A DNA stretch of 64,000 nucleotides. It comes from Candidatus Omnitrophota bacterium (GTDB lineage Bacteria > Omnitrophota > Gorgyraeia > Zapsychrales > Fredricksoniimonadaceae). The stretch covers positions 17,911 through 81,910 of the forward strand of contig CAIUQE010000010.1 of NCBI GenBank assembly GCA_903901225.1, read 5' to 3'. The position numbers and the translations under genes are program-made. The notes beneath the pieces are model-generated. The model was not told where the DNA came from, made no database searches, and saw nothing but the letters and a program-made list of their open reading frames with translations. Below, one piece after another: positions 47,585 to 58,016 of the stretch (its first letter is position 1; every line of letters starts with the position of its first letter).

Positions 47585-49116
47585 AAAAATTGTCGCTGCT
47601 CATGTTCCTGGTGGGGTTCCTGTTGTTGAAGCCGTTCCAGCTCGGCCTTTCGGACATGATGTATTACGGAGACGACTTTTCCTATCTCGCGCATGCCACG
47701 GCATTGGCGTACGGGCAATTCCCGTCTTACAAGAAGGAATATTACATTGATGGCGGCGCAAGCCCGCTCCAGAGTGCCGGGGCCGGCGTCATGGCAGCGC
47801 CGTTCGTGGCGGCGTTCTCTGTTTTGGATCGCGTGCAGGGGCGGACCATTGTCCAGCAGCGCACGGCCGACACCATTCACGGGACATGGACGGTGTACGG
47901 TTTTATATTTTCATCCGTGTTTTACCTGTGGCTGGGGTGCTTTTTGCTCTACCGGGGTTTGCGCGTGTATTGCGGGGAGTTCGAGAGCGTTCTCGCTGTT
48001 TTTTTGAACATCCTGTGCCAGGGCATCCCGCTCATGGCTTTTCGCAGGCCTGTCTTCAGCCATGTTTCGGAGTTCTTCCTGACAAGCCTTTTTGTTTGGT
48101 GGCTGCTCATGCCGGAAAAACAGCGCCCATCGTGGACGCGAGGCTTGCCAGGAGCCCTGGCTTTTGGCGTTCTGACCGGATGCGCCGGCCTGGTCCGGCT
48201 GAATAACGCGCCCATGATGCTGGTGTGGCCGTTATTGATCGCGGCGCAGGGTGATGAAAAAGCCGCGTTCAGGGCCCGCGCGACAAATGTTGCCGTCAGC
48301 TGGACGGTCGGGGCCATGATCGTCGGTATATTTCAGATCGCGCCTGATCTGATGCATCGCAATACGGGGAACAATGCCGTTATCCGGGACCTTATATTGA
48401 ATTTCCAGCCGCCTGTGTTTTATATCCAGCGCCTGTGGCAGGTGCTCACCGGCGTTGACTGGGGGCTTGTTTATACCGCGCCGTTCATTCTTCTGGGGCT
48501 GGCCGCGGGGCTGGTGATGAAGTTCCCTCGGCGAAAGGTCCTTCTTCTCGGCTGCCTGCCTTTACTGATGAACCTTTATGTGGCGCTTTCCTGGAAGACC
48601 CAGGGCGGGTGGTACGGATACCGGTATTTGTTCCCGGCCGCGGCCCCGCTTGTGACGCTCCCTCTGGCTGTATTTCTCGGACGGGCCAGGCTCCGGACCG
48701 GCCGTGCGGCTGTCCTGGCGGGGTGCGCGGTCGTGTGTGTCCTTCCGTTGCTGTCCATGCTCATGTTCGAGAACATTGTGCCTGACCTGACGCTGGCGCC
48801 CGTCCGGCAGTATTGGGATGTTTCGGGCTGGGGGAACAACACCTACCAGGTCAATCTCTGGGCTATCTTTTTTCACCGGCCGCTGGAATTCTGGGCCAAT
48901 GCCATCAAGGGGGGGCCGTTGTATGTGGTGTGTTACCTGGCGATGTTTTTTAACGCAGCCAAGGCCCTTCCGCCCATGCTGGGGCGCATCCTTGCCCTGT
49001 ATGAGCCTTTTTCACCGTTGCTTTTCATAAAAGTGCATTTGATCTACATGCTGCCGTTCATTCTGGCGTTATTTTTTGGCCGCGGTTCCGACGGAGAGAA
49101 GGCGGCCGGACGGTGA
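47581..49116 (+). CDS. Polytopic membrane protein, putative GT-C glycosyltransferase
   Basis: YYGDDFSYL in first loop, LVRLNN, YGYRYL; about 12 hydrophobic segments. Confidence 0.6.
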   Translation: MKKLSLLMFLVGFLLLKPFQLGLSDMMYYGDDFSYLAHATALAYGQFPSYKKEYYIDGGASPLQSAGAGVMAAPFVAAFSVLDRVQGRTIVQQRTADTIHGTWTVYGFIFSSVFYLWLGCFLLYRGLRVYCGEFESVLAVFLNILCQGIPLMAFRRPVFSHVSEFFLTSLFVWWLLMPEKQRPSWTRGLPGALAFGVLTGCAGLVRLNNAPMMLVWPLLIAAQGDEKAAFRARATNVAVSWTVGAMIVGIFQIAPDLMHRNTGNNAVIRDLILNFQPPVFYIQRLWQVLTGVDWGLVYTAPFILLGLAAGLVMKFPRRKVLLLGCLPLLMNLYVALSWKTQGGWYGYRYLFPAAAPLVTLPLAVFLGRARLRTGRAAVLAGCAVVCVLPLLSMLMFENIVPDLTLAPVRQYWDVSGWGNNTYQVNLWAIFFHRPLEFWANAIKGGPLYVVCYLAMFFNAAKALPPMLGRILALYEPFSPLLFIKVHLIYMLPFILALFFGRGSDGEKAAGR

Positions 49117-49130
49117 TCTGATCTTAGATA

Positions 49131-49172
49131 AATTCGGATTCAATCCGGATTCAATCCGGATAAATCCGGATT
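49131..49172. repeat. Four tandem copies of the palindrome AATCCGGATT (10-11 bp period)
   Basis: aattcggattc, aatccggattc, aatccggata, aatccggatt. Confidence 0.85.
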
Positions 49173-49198
49173 GACAAAGCATGGGTCGATGTTATATT
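49171..49198 (+). promoter_or_regulatory. Sigma70 promoter of carA
   Basis: TTGACA (49171-49176), 16 nt, TGt-TATATT (49193-49198). Confidence 0.75.
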
Positions 49199-49252
49199 AA
49201 TTGAGATTTTGGGCCGCCCAAAATATCCTCTCATCGCTAACGACAGTCATTC

Positions 49253-50353
49253 ATGGCAGACGCAGTTCTATATCTTGAAGATGGCACGATCTTCCGCGGA
49301 ACGTCGCTGGGCACGCATGGCGCAACTGCGGGCGAAGTGGTCTTTAACACGGCCCTTTCGGGTTACCAGGAAGTCCTGACGGACCCTTCCTACGCCGGGC
49401 AGATCGTTGCCATGACGTACCCCTTGATCGGCAATTACGGCGTCAATCCCGAGGATGTCGAATCCGCCGGCATCCACGTGAAGGGGTTCGTGGTCAAGGA
49501 GTTCTGCCGTACCCATTCCAATTACCGCGCCACGCAAAGCCTTATTTCCTATCTCGACGACCATCAGATCATCGGCATCGAAGGCGTTGACACGCGCGCG
49601 CTGACGCGCCATTTGCGGCTTTCAGGGGCCATGAAAGGCCTCATTTCAACGACGGACCTTGATCCGGCGGCCCTCAAGGCCAAGCTGGCGCGGGTGCCTT
49701 CCATGGACGGTGCCGACTGGGTCAAGGAGGTGGCCACCAAGGCACCCTATATCTGGAAGGCTGAAGGCGAGAAAAAATACAAGATCGTGGCGGTCGACTG
49801 CGGGATCAAGTGGAACATCTTGCGCATTTTTGCGCAGATGAACTGCGAGGTCCATGTGGTGCCGCCTTCGACGTCGGCCAAAGACATCCTCGCGTATAAC
49901 GCGGACGGCCTGTTCCTTTCCAACGGCCCTGGCGATCCCGCTGCGGTCACCTATGTCATTGAGACGGTCCGGCAGTTGATCGGGAAACTTCCGATCTTCG
50001 GCATCTGCCTGGGCAACCAGATGATCGGCCTGGCGCTGGGCGGCCGTACGTACAAACTTAAATTCGGGCATCACGGCTGCAACCACCCCGTCAAGGACCT
50101 TGAATCCGGCCGCATTTCGATCACGTCCCAGAACCACGGTTTCTGTGTCGATATCGACAGCCTCGACAAGAACGAGGTCGAGGCCATTCACATCAATCTT
50201 AATGACAAGACGGTTGAGGGGCTGCGCCACAGGAAGCATCCTCTTTTTTCGATCCAGTACCATCCCGAGGCGGCGCCCGGGCCCAATGACGCGAAGTACC
50301 TTTTCCAAAAGTTCATCGACATGATCAACACGGACCGCCTCAACAAGAAATGA
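49253..50353 (+). CDS. carA: Carbamoyl-phosphate synthase small subunit
   Basis: GEVVFNT, TDPSY, SNGPGDP, GICLG, KFGHHG, QYHPEA. Confidence 0.97.
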   Translation: MADAVLYLEDGTIFRGTSLGTHGATAGEVVFNTALSGYQEVLTDPSYAGQIVAMTYPLIGNYGVNPEDVESAGIHVKGFVVKEFCRTHSNYRATQSLISYLDDHQIIGIEGVDTRALTRHLRLSGAMKGLISTTDLDPAALKAKLARVPSMDGADWVKEVATKAPYIWKAEGEKKYKIVAVDCGIKWNILRIFAQMNCEVHVVPPSTSAKDILAYNADGLFLSNGPGDPAAVTYVIETVRQLIGKLPIFGICLGNQMIGLALGGRTYKLKFGHHGCNHPVKDLESGRISITSQNHGFCVDIDSLDKNEVEAIHINLNDKTVEGLRHRKHPLFSIQYHPEAAPGPNDAKYLFQKFIDMINTDRLNKK

Positions 50354-50354
50354 T

Positions 50355-53300
50355 ATGCCTAAACGCACGGACATAAAAAAGATATTGCTCATCGGTTCCG
50401 GCCCCATCGTCATCGGCCAGGCCTGCGAGTTCGATTATTCGGGGACCCAGGCGTGCAAAGCCCTGCGCGAGGAGGGCTTCGAGATCGTGCTGGTCAATTC
50501 CAATCCCGCGACCATCATGACCGACCCTGAGACCGCGGATCGGACCTATATCGAGCCGCTGAGCGTTGAATTCCTCGAACTGATCATTGCCAAGGAAAGG
50601 CCCGACGCCATCCTGCCGACGCTGGGCGGCCAGACGGGCCTTAACCTTGCCGTTGAGCTGTGGGAAAAAGGCATCCTGGCGAAATACAAGGTCGAGATGC
50701 TCGGGGCGAATTACGAGGTCATCAAGAAGGCCGAGGACCGCAAGCAGTTCAAGCAGGCCTGCCTGCGCGTGGGCCTGGACCTTCCCAAAAGCAATTTTGC
50801 CTATAACATCGAGGAAGCGCACAAGGCCGTGGAAGAGATCGGTTTCCCCTGCATCATCCGCTCAAGCTTCACGCTCGGCGGGACCGGCGGGTCCATTGTT
50901 TACACGAAGGAAGAATTTGAGGCCAAGGCCAGGCTGGGTATTGAAAGCAGCATGATCCACGAGATCCTCATCGAGGAGTCCATCGAAGGGTGGAAAGAAT
51001 ACGAGCTCGAGGTCATGCGCGACAAGAAAGACAATGTTGTCATCGTTTGCGCGATCGAGAACCTTGACGCCATGGGCGTCCATACGGGCGATTCCATCAC
51101 CGTGGCGCCGGCCCAGACGCTGACCGACCGTGAATACCAGCGCATGCGCGACCAGGCGCTGGTCCTGATCCGCGAGATCGGCGTCGAGACCGGCGGTTCC
51201 AATATCCAGTTCGCCGTTCATCCCAAGACCGGGCGGATGGTGGTCATCGAGATGAACCCGCGCGTGTCGCGCTCGTCGGCGTTGGCCTCCAAGGCGACGG
51301 GTTTCGCGATCGCGAAATTCGCGGCAAAGCTCGCGGTGGGTTACACGCTCGACGAGATCCAGAACGACATCACCCGCGTGACCCCGGCATCATTCGAGCC
51401 GACCATTGATTACTGCGTGGTCAAGATCCCGCGCTTCACGTTCGAGAAATTTCCCGAGGCCAAGGACGTCCTGGGCGTGCAGATGAAGTCCGTGGGCGAG
51501 ACCATGGCCATCGGACGCACGTTCAAGGAAGCGCTCCAGAAGGGCCTGCGGGGGCTTGAGATCCATCACATCGGGTTTGATAACAAGGCCGACTACCGGC
51601 TTGTTGATGACGCAAAGATGATGCTGCGCCTGAGCGAGCCCAATGCTTCGCGTATCTTTTACATGAAATACGCGCTGCAAAAAGGGTTGAGCGTCGACAA
51701 GGTGTCCGAGATCACGCGCGTCGACAAATGGTTCGTCGCCCAGATGCAGCAGATCATTGACATGGAGCGCGCGATCACCGCTGAATTCAAGGCGGCCAAA
51801 GCGCTCAGTGCCGTGACGCTGCGCAAGGCCAAGGAATGGGGTTTTTCCGATGCCCAGCTGGCTGAGATCACGGGCCAGAGCGAGACCGCGGTGCGCAAGC
51901 AGCGCAAGGACATGGGGGTCGTGGCGACCTTCAAGGTCGTGGACACCTGCGCGGCCGAATTCGAAGCGTACACGCCTTATTTTTATTCGACGTACGAGAC
52001 CGAGGACGAAGCCGTCCTGCAGAACGAAAAGATCTCCCGTGAAAAGAAGGGGCCGCGCCGCAAGATCATGATCCTGGGTGGAGGCCCTAACCGCATCGGG
52101 CAGGGCATCGAATTTGATTATTGCTGCTGCCACGCGGCGTTCGCGCTCAAGGAGCGGGGGTTCGAGACCATCATGGTCAATTCCAACCCCGAGACCGTTT
52201 CGACCGATTACGACACTTCCGACCGTCTTTATTTCGAGCCGCTGACCTTTGAAGACGTCATGAATATCATTGACGTGGAAAAGCCCGACGGCGTCATTGT
52301 CCAGTTCGGCGGCCAGACGCCGCTGAACCTCGCGCGGCGCCTGCAGCAGGCCGGCGTCCCGATCATCGGCACCAGCGTCGATTCCATTGACGTGGCCGAG
52401 AATCGTGAACGTTTTTCGGAGCTGTTGAACCAGCTGAAGATCGCCCAGCCGGCGAACGCCACCGCGATAACCGTTGAAGACGCCGTGGCCGCGGCCGGAC
52501 GGGTGGGCTATCCGGTCCTGGTGCGCCCCTCGTATGTCCTGGGCGGGCGGGCGATGCGCATTGTTTATGACGAAGAGACCATCCTGACGTTCATTGAAGA
52601 GGTCGCGGATGTTTCGCGCGGGCACCCCATCCTCATCGACAAGTTCATCGAGGATGCCATGGAGGTTGACGTGGACGCCATTTGCGACGGCGGCGCGGTG
52701 TACGTTGCCGGCATCATGGAGCACATCGAGAACGCGGGGATCCATTCCGGGGATTCCGCCTGTGTCCTGCCGCCGCACACGCTCAGCGAGGAGATCCTCG
52801 TGGAGATCAAGGAGAGCACCCGGCGCATCGCCCTGGCCCTTAAGGTCATCGGGCTCCTGAATATCCAGTTCGCGATCAAGGGCGAGAAGGTCTTTGTCCT
52901 TGAGGTCAATCCGCGCGCTTCGCGCACGGTGCCGTTCGTTTCCAAGGCGATCGGGGCGCCCCTGGCGAAAATAGCCGCGCGCATCATGGCCGGCGAAAAG
53001 CTTTCCGATTTTCCGAACCTCCCGGACATTGACAACCTGGGCCAGGTGGCGGTCAAGGAATGCGTCCTGCCTTTCTCCAGGTTCTCCGGCGTGGACATCA
53101 TCCTCGGGCCTGAAATGAAATCCACCGGTGAGGTCATGGGCATGGCCCCCACCTTCGGCGCGGCGTTCGCCAAGAGCCAGGTCGCGGCCAACCAGTCGTT
53201 GCCGCGCAAGGGGTCGGTGTTCATCAGCGTCAACGAGAACGACAAACGCCACATTGCTTTTATGGCCAAGCGCCTGCAGGACCACGGATTTAGGATCTAC

Positions 53301-53615
53301 GCGACCAAGGGGACCGCGAAAGTCCTGCGTTCCAGCGGCGTGGCCACGATCCTGGTGGACAAGACGGGCGAGGGCGAGCACAATATATTGACTTTACTGG
53401 CGAAAAATGAGATAAATCTTATTATTAATACGCCGTCCGGCAAGAAGAGCCAGTCGGACATGCGCAGCATCCGTTCGGCTTCCATTCGTCACGCTATCCC
53501 CTGCATCACGACCCTCCAGGGCGCGTGGGCGGCGGTGAACGGGATCGAAGCGAGCCTGAAGGAAGGTTTTACCGTTGAATCGTTGCAGGCGTATTACGCG
53601 CGGACACGCCGCTAA
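50355..53615 (+). CDS. carB: Carbamoyl-phosphate synthase large subunit
   Basis: [55 protein letters not shown]. Confidence 0.98.
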   Translation: MPKRTDIKKILLIGSGPIVIGQACEFDYSGTQACKALREEGFEIVLVNSNPATIMTDPETADRTYIEPLSVEFLELIIAKERPDAILPTLGGQTGLNLAVELWEKGILAKYKVEMLGANYEVIKKAEDRKQFKQACLRVGLDLPKSNFAYNIEEAHKAVEEIGFPCIIRSSFTLGGTGGSIVYTKEEFEAKARLGIESSMIHEILIEESIEGWKEYELEVMRDKKDNVVIVCAIENLDAMGVHTGDSITVAPAQTLTDREYQRMRDQALVLIREIGVETGGSNIQFAVHPKTGRMVVIEMNPRVSRSSALASKATGFAIAKFAAKLAVGYTLDEIQNDITRVTPASFEPTIDYCVVKIPRFTFEKFPEAKDVLGVQMKSVGETMAIGRTFKEALQKGLRGLEIHHIGFDNKADYRLVDDAKMMLRLSEPNASRIFYMKYALQKGLSVDKVSEITRVDKWFVAQMQQIIDMERAITAEFKAAKALSAVTLRKAKEWGFSDAQLAEITGQSETAVRKQRKDMGVVATFKVVDTCAAEFEAYTPYFYSTYETEDEAVLQNEKISREKKGPRRKIMILGGGPNRIGQGIEFDYCCCHAAFALKERGFETIMVNSNPETVSTDYDTSDRLYFEPLTFEDVMNIIDVEKPDGVIVQFGGQTPLNLARRLQQAGVPIIGTSVDSIDVAENRERFSELLNQLKIAQPANATAITVEDAVAAAGRVGYPVLVRPSYVLGGRAMRIVYDEETILTFIEEVADVSRGHPILIDKFIEDAMEVDVDAICDGGAVYVAGIMEHIENAGIHSGDSACVLPPHTLSEEILVEIKESTRRIALALKVIGLLNIQFAIKGEKVFVLEVNPRASRTVPFVSKAIGAPLAKIAARIMAGEKLSDFPNLPDIDNLGQVAVKECVLPFSRFSGVDIILGPEMKSTGEVMGMAPTFGAAFAKSQVAANQSLPRKGSVFISVNENDKRHIAFMAKRLQDHGFRIYATKGTAKVLRSSGVATILVDKTGEGEHNILTLLAKNEINLIINTPSGKKSQSDMRSIRSASIRHAIPCITTLQGAWAAVNGIEASLKEGFTVESLQAYYARTRR

Positions 53616-53643
53616 CCCCTGATCTCTCCCAAAAGGTTGTATT

Positions 53644-55023
53644 ATGTGCGGTATCATCGGCATTTCCGATCATCCAGAGGCTTCCAGGATCGCCTATCTC
53701 GGGCTTTACGCCCTTCAGCACCGCGGTGAAGAAGCGGCCGGCATCGCCACCTACGACGGCAGCGTCCACATCATCAAGGACCGCGGGCTTGTCTTTGACG
53801 TGTTCGACGAGGCCGCCATTGATTCCCTCAAGGGCAATGTCGCCATCGCCCACACCCGTTATTCAACGACGGGATCCAGCAACATCAAGAACTGCCAGCC
53901 TTTCCTGGTCACGCACCGCAAGCGCCCCATCGCGGTGGCGCACAACGGCAACCTGACCAACACCGAGGAGCTTTACCGCAAGCTCGAGGATGAGGGATCC
54001 ATTTTCCAGACATCCATGGATTCGGAGATCCTTGTTCATCTGCTGGCCAAGACGCCCAGCGACGATTATAAGAAATGGTTCATCCAGGTGCTGTCCCAGC
54101 TCCAGGGCGCTTTCTCCGTCGTTTTCATGGTCGAGGGGACGCTTGTCGGCGCCCGCGACCCGATGGGCTTTCGCCCGCTGGTCCTGGGCAAGCTTGACAC
54201 GGGGTATGTCCTGGCGAGCGAGACGTGCGCGCTGGACCTGATGAAAGCCGAGATCATCCGCGAGATCGAGCCGGGTGAGATCATCATCATCCGGGGGGAG
54301 AAGATCGAGACCGCCTTTCTGCCCGGCTGCGGGAAAAAGACGGCCCAGTGCATTTTTGAAAACATCTATTTCGCGCGGCCCGACAGCCATATCTTCGACG
54401 ACAATATCTACCAGGTGAGAAAGCGTTTGGGCGTTCAGCTGGCGAAGGAAGCTCCGGCGCCCGGGGTCGATTTCGTGATGCCGATACCCGATTCCGGGGT
54501 TTACGCGGCGCTTGGTTACGCCGAGCAGGCAAAGCTCCCCTATGAGATCGGGATGATCCGCAACCATTACATCGGGCGCACCTTCATCCAGCCGACGCAG
54601 TTCCTGCGCGATTTCCGGGTGAGGGTCAAGCTAAACCCCATCCACGATGTCCTCAAGGGCAAGAAAGTAGCCGTGGTCGAAGATTCGATCGTGCGCGGGA
54701 CGACGAGCCGCAGCCGCGTGCGGGCGATCCGCAGCGCCGGCGCCAAAGAGATCCACATGCGCATCACCTGCCCGCCGATCATCTCGCCGTGTTTTTACGG
54801 CATAGATTTTCCGTCGGAAGAAGAGCTGGTGGCGCATGGCAAATCGGTCAAGCAGATCGCGGACTTCATTGAGGTCGATTCGCTCGAATACCTCAGTCTC
54901 GACGGGATGCTGGCGGTCATGAAAGACGGCGGGAAGTTCTGTCACGCGTGTTTCACGGGGAAATACCCGGTCCCCGTTCCGCAGAACAAAAGCAAATATT
55001 TACTGGAAGCGAAGTCGAAGTAA
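53644..55023 (+). CDS. purF: Amidophosphoribosyltransferase
   Basis: MCGIIG Ntn cysteine, LQHRG, HTRYST, VEDSIVRGTTS, PCFYGID, CHACFTG. Confidence 0.97.
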   Translation: MCGIIGISDHPEASRIAYLGLYALQHRGEEAAGIATYDGSVHIIKDRGLVFDVFDEAAIDSLKGNVAIAHTRYSTTGSSNIKNCQPFLVTHRKRPIAVAHNGNLTNTEELYRKLEDEGSIFQTSMDSEILVHLLAKTPSDDYKKWFIQVLSQLQGAFSVVFMVEGTLVGARDPMGFRPLVLGKLDTGYVLASETCALDLMKAEIIREIEPGEIIIIRGEKIETAFLPGCGKKTAQCIFENIYFARPDSHIFDDNIYQVRKRLGVQLAKEAPAPGVDFVMPIPDSGVYAALGYAEQAKLPYEIGMIRNHYIGRTFIQPTQFLRDFRVRVKLNPIHDVLKGKKVAVVEDSIVRGTTSRSRVRAIRSAGAKEIHMRITCPPIISPCFYGIDFPSEEELVAHGKSVKQIADFIEVDSLEYLSLDGMLAVMKDGGKFCHACFTGKYPVPVPQNKSKYLLEAKSK

Positions 55024-55098
55024 ACTACAATTATCGTTATGGAAGGTTGTTCCCGACACCTGTCCCGCGGCCCCTGCGGGCTCATATAAAGGCGCTCT

Positions 55099-56718
55099 AT
55101 GAGTAAATATATTTTTGTAACGGGAGGCGTGGTTTCCAGCCTCGGCAAAGGTATCGCCTCCGCTTCCATCGGAAAGCTCCTCGAGTCGCGTGGCCTGAAG
55201 GTCACTATCCTCAAATGCGACCCCTACCTCAACATCGACCCCGGCACCATGAACCCTTACCAGCACGGTGAGGTTTACGTCACGGACGACGGCGCGGAGA
55301 CGGACCTTGACCTGGGGCATTACGAGCGTTTCACCAGCGGGAAGTACACCAAGGACAACAATATCACGGCGGGCAAGATCTATTACTCCGTCATCACCAA
55401 GGAGCGCCGCGGCGACTATCTTGGCAAGACCGTGCAGATCATCCCGCACATCACCGACGAGATCAAGGCCTGCATCAAGAGGGTTTCCAAAGAGCAGGAC
55501 GTGGATGTGGTGATCGTCGAGATCGGCGGCACGGTGGGTGATATTGAAAGCCTGCCGTTCCTCGAGGCCATCCGCCAGCTCCGCTGGGAGATGGGGGAAC
55601 ATTACGCGCTCAATATCCACGTCACGCTTTTGCCGTATATTAAATCCTGCGGGGAACAGAAGACGAAGCCGACCCAGCATTCCGTCGGACGCCTGCGCGA
55701 GATCGGCATCCAGCCGGACATCCTCCTGTGCCGCACCGAGCGCCCCATGATCCAGGACCAGCGGGAGAAGATCGCGCTGTTCTGCAATGTCGACGTTGAG
55801 GGCGTCATCGAGGCGCCCGACGTGAAAAGTATTTACGAATGCCCCTCCACGTTCAAGGTCCAGGGGCTGGACGTACTCATTACCAAGAAGCTTAATCTCA
55901 AGACGCCGGAACGCGATCTTAAGGAATGGGAAAATTATGTCCTCAAGCGGCTGAAGCATCCCAAACACGAGGTCAATATCGTGGTGGCCGGAAAATACAT
56001 CCAGCTTACCGACGCCTATAAATCCATTTACGAGTCGCTCATCCACGGCGGCATCGCCGCGGACGCGAAGGTCAATGTCGTCAGGATCGATTCGGAAGAC
56101 CTGGAGAAAGGCAAGGTTGACAAATATTTCAGGCATATCCAGGGCATCCTGGTGCCCGGCGGGTTCGGGGCGCGCGGCATAGAAGGGAAGATCCGCGCCA
56201 TCAAGTACGCGCGTGAAAAGAACATACCTTTCTTCGGGATATGCCTGGGCATGCAGCTGGCTTCCGTCGAATTCGCGCGGCATGTGTGCGGGCTCAAGAC
56301 CGCCAATTCCACGGAATTCGATAAGGCGACCAAAGATCCGGTCATCAGCCTCCTGGCGGAGCAGCACCAGGTGACCAACATGGGCGCGACCATGCGCCTG
56401 GGAGCGTATCCCTGCCATCTGGAGCGCGATACGAAGGCCATGTCTGCTTACAAGAAGGAAGATATTTCGGAACGCCACCGCCACCGTTACGAGTTCAATA
56501 ACGCGTACCGCGAGGTGCTGTCTTCCAGGGGCCTTGTTTTTTCAGGCATCAACGCCCAGCGCGACCTTGTGGAGATCATCGAGGTCAAGGGACACCGCTG
56601 GTTCATCGGCTGCCAGTTCCATCCTGAATTCCAGTCAAAGCCCGACAAGCCGCATCCTTTGTTCCGCGAGTTTGTTGCCGCGGCACTGACGGTCCGTGAG
56701 AAAAAATCTGTGGTGTGA
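55099..56718 (+). CDS. pyrG: CTP synthase
   Basis: [54 protein letters not shown]. Confidence 0.98.
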   Translation: MSKYIFVTGGVVSSLGKGIASASIGKLLESRGLKVTILKCDPYLNIDPGTMNPYQHGEVYVTDDGAETDLDLGHYERFTSGKYTKDNNITAGKIYYSVITKERRGDYLGKTVQIIPHITDEIKACIKRVSKEQDVDVVIVEIGGTVGDIESLPFLEAIRQLRWEMGEHYALNIHVTLLPYIKSCGEQKTKPTQHSVGRLREIGIQPDILLCRTERPMIQDQREKIALFCNVDVEGVIEAPDVKSIYECPSTFKVQGLDVLITKKLNLKTPERDLKEWENYVLKRLKHPKHEVNIVVAGKYIQLTDAYKSIYESLIHGGIAADAKVNVVRIDSEDLEKGKVDKYFRHIQGILVPGGFGARGIEGKIRAIKYAREKNIPFFGICLGMQLASVEFARHVCGLKTANSTEFDKATKDPVISLLAEQHQVTNMGATMRLGAYPCHLERDTKAMSAYKKEDISERHRHRYEFNNAYREVLSSRGLVFSGINAQRDLVEIIEVKGHRWFIGCQFHPEFQSKPDKPHPLFREFVAAALTVREKKSVV

Positions 56719-56736
56719 TGTGCCGGGGAAAGAAGA

Positions 56737-56821
56737 TGGTGCGCGGGGTGGGACTTGAACCCACATGCCTTACGGCATACGCCCCTCAAACGTACGTGTC
56801 TACCAATTTCACCACCCGCGC
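56737..56821 (-). tRNA. tRNA-Leu(GAG) with encoded CCA
   Basis: Acceptor stem GCGCGGG/CCCGCGC, anticodon loop TTGAGGG, long variable arm, GGTTCAAGTCC T-arm, ACCA end. Confidence 0.96.
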
Positions 56822-56861
56822 GAGAATGGTACAAGCGTTTCAAGGCTCGAGAGAGAACGAA

Positions 56862-56890
56862 ATCATAACGGCTTTTGGATGCCGTGTCAA
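56862..56890 (-). promoter_or_regulatory. Sigma70 promoter of tRNA-Leu
   Basis: TTGACA, 17 nt, TATGAT on the minus strand. Confidence 0.75.
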
Positions 56891-56938
56891 GCCTGGAATT
56901 GTTTTCACGGACGGAAACTTAATTCAAAGGGGTGCCTT

Positions 56939-57655
56939 ATGCGTATCGACGTGAGTGCGAGTATCCTGGCCGCGGATTTTGGCAAGCTGGCCGAAGCGGT
57001 GCAGTTGTGTGAGCGTGCGGGCGTCGGGCGCATCCATGTGGATGTCATGGACGGGCACTTTGTCCCCACCATCACGATAGGGCCGCTGGTGGTGCAGGCG
57101 GTGCGTGCCTGCACGAAACTCCCGATCGCCGCGCATCTGATGATCGAGAATCCGTGGGACCACATTGACGCGTTCGCGGACGCCGGGGCGGATATCATCG
57201 GGGTGCACGCGGAATGCTATGGGGCTCGCCGGCTGGCTTGCCGGGAGCACGGGCAGTATCCGAAGGAAGTTGATGCCATTGATCCGCACAAGGCCAGGGC
57301 CGATATCCGGCGTATCAGGGATAAGGGAAAACAGGTTTGTTTCACGGTCAATCCGGGAACGCCGGTGCAGTGCCTGGACCCCATCCTCGGGGACCTTGAC
57401 GCCGTGCTCGTCATGTCGGTCAACCCCGGGTTTTCTGGCCAGAAATTCATGCCGGTGGCGGTCCCCAAGATCGCCTGGCTGCGTTCCATCGGGTTCAAGA
57501 AGGATGTTGCCATTGACGGTGGTGTGAACGCGCAGACCGCGCCCGCGGTCGTGCAGGCCGGCGCGAATGTGCTGGTCACGGCCAGTTATTTCTTTTCCAG
57601 CAAGGATCCAGCCGGCGACATCAAGGCCCTCAAGGCGCTGGGGGAGGGGCTGTGA
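56939..57655 (+). CDS. rpe: Ribulose-phosphate 3-epimerase
   Basis: SILAADF, HVDVMDGHFVP, HLMI, MSVNPGFSGQKF, IDGGVN. Confidence 0.93.
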   Translation: MRIDVSASILAADFGKLAEAVQLCERAGVGRIHVDVMDGHFVPTITIGPLVVQAVRACTKLPIAAHLMIENPWDHIDAFADAGADIIGVHAECYGARRLACREHGQYPKEVDAIDPHKARADIRRIRDKGKQVCFTVNPGTPVQCLDPILGDLDAVLVMSVNPGFSGQKFMPVAVPKIAWLRSIGFKKDVAIDGGVNAQTAPAVVQAGANVLVTASYFFSSKDPAGDIKALKALGEGL

Positions 57656-58014
57656 GGCTTATCCGGGAAAAATGCCCGCGATCCCGCGGGCAGGTCATGA
57701 TGGAGTATCTTCTGGTCATGGTTGCCGTCGCGTTCCTTGTCTTTGGTCTTTTCAAGGCGGGGTCCGGTGGCGGGCTTATCGAGCAGACACGGCAGACGAC
57801 CAATCAGTATTTTAATTCCGGGGCCATGGCGATCATGGGCGGTTATTACGACCCTGCGACGGGCACATATAAAGAAGTGAATCCCCAGCCTGTTGACGGC
57901 GGCTGGTGCTCCTGCGGCCATGCCAACGGGCACACGGTCCGTGAATGCGCCTGCCCGCGGCCCGCGTTTGGCGGCAATCCGTGTTCCGGGCGAGCTGTCG
58001 ACGATGGTTGTTAG
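57652..58014 (+). CDS. Flp/TadE-type prepilin-like protein with C-terminal thrombospondin type-1-like motif
   Basis: GTGA overlap with rpe; RSRG|QVMMEY plus hydrophobic helix; PVDGGW...RECACPRPAFGGNPCSG. Confidence 0.75.
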   Translation: MRLIREKCPRSRGQVMMEYLLVMVAVAFLVFGLFKAGSGGGLIEQTRQTTNQYFNSGAMAIMGGYYDPATGTYKEVNPQPVDGGWCSCGHANGHTVRECACPRPAFGGNPCSGRAVDDGC

Positions 58015-58016
58015 CG

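Noticed and set aside
49131-49172. Tandem repeat as a CRISPR array
   Set aside because: Units are 10-11 bp with no spacers, and there are no cas genes
769-56484. Many long antisense ORFs (e.g. 3886-5427, 34302-36440, 43410-45134, 51390-53381, 55000-56484)
   Set aside because: They shadow well-supported genes on the opposite strand, lack recognisable motifs, and are expected from high-GC codon bias
56737-56821. tRNA-Leu as an integration site
   Set aside because: Flanked by pyrG and rpe; no integrase or duplicated tRNA 3' end seen
56715-56954. Short ORFs over the tRNA region
   Set aside because: They translate across the tRNA-Leu gene and its promoter
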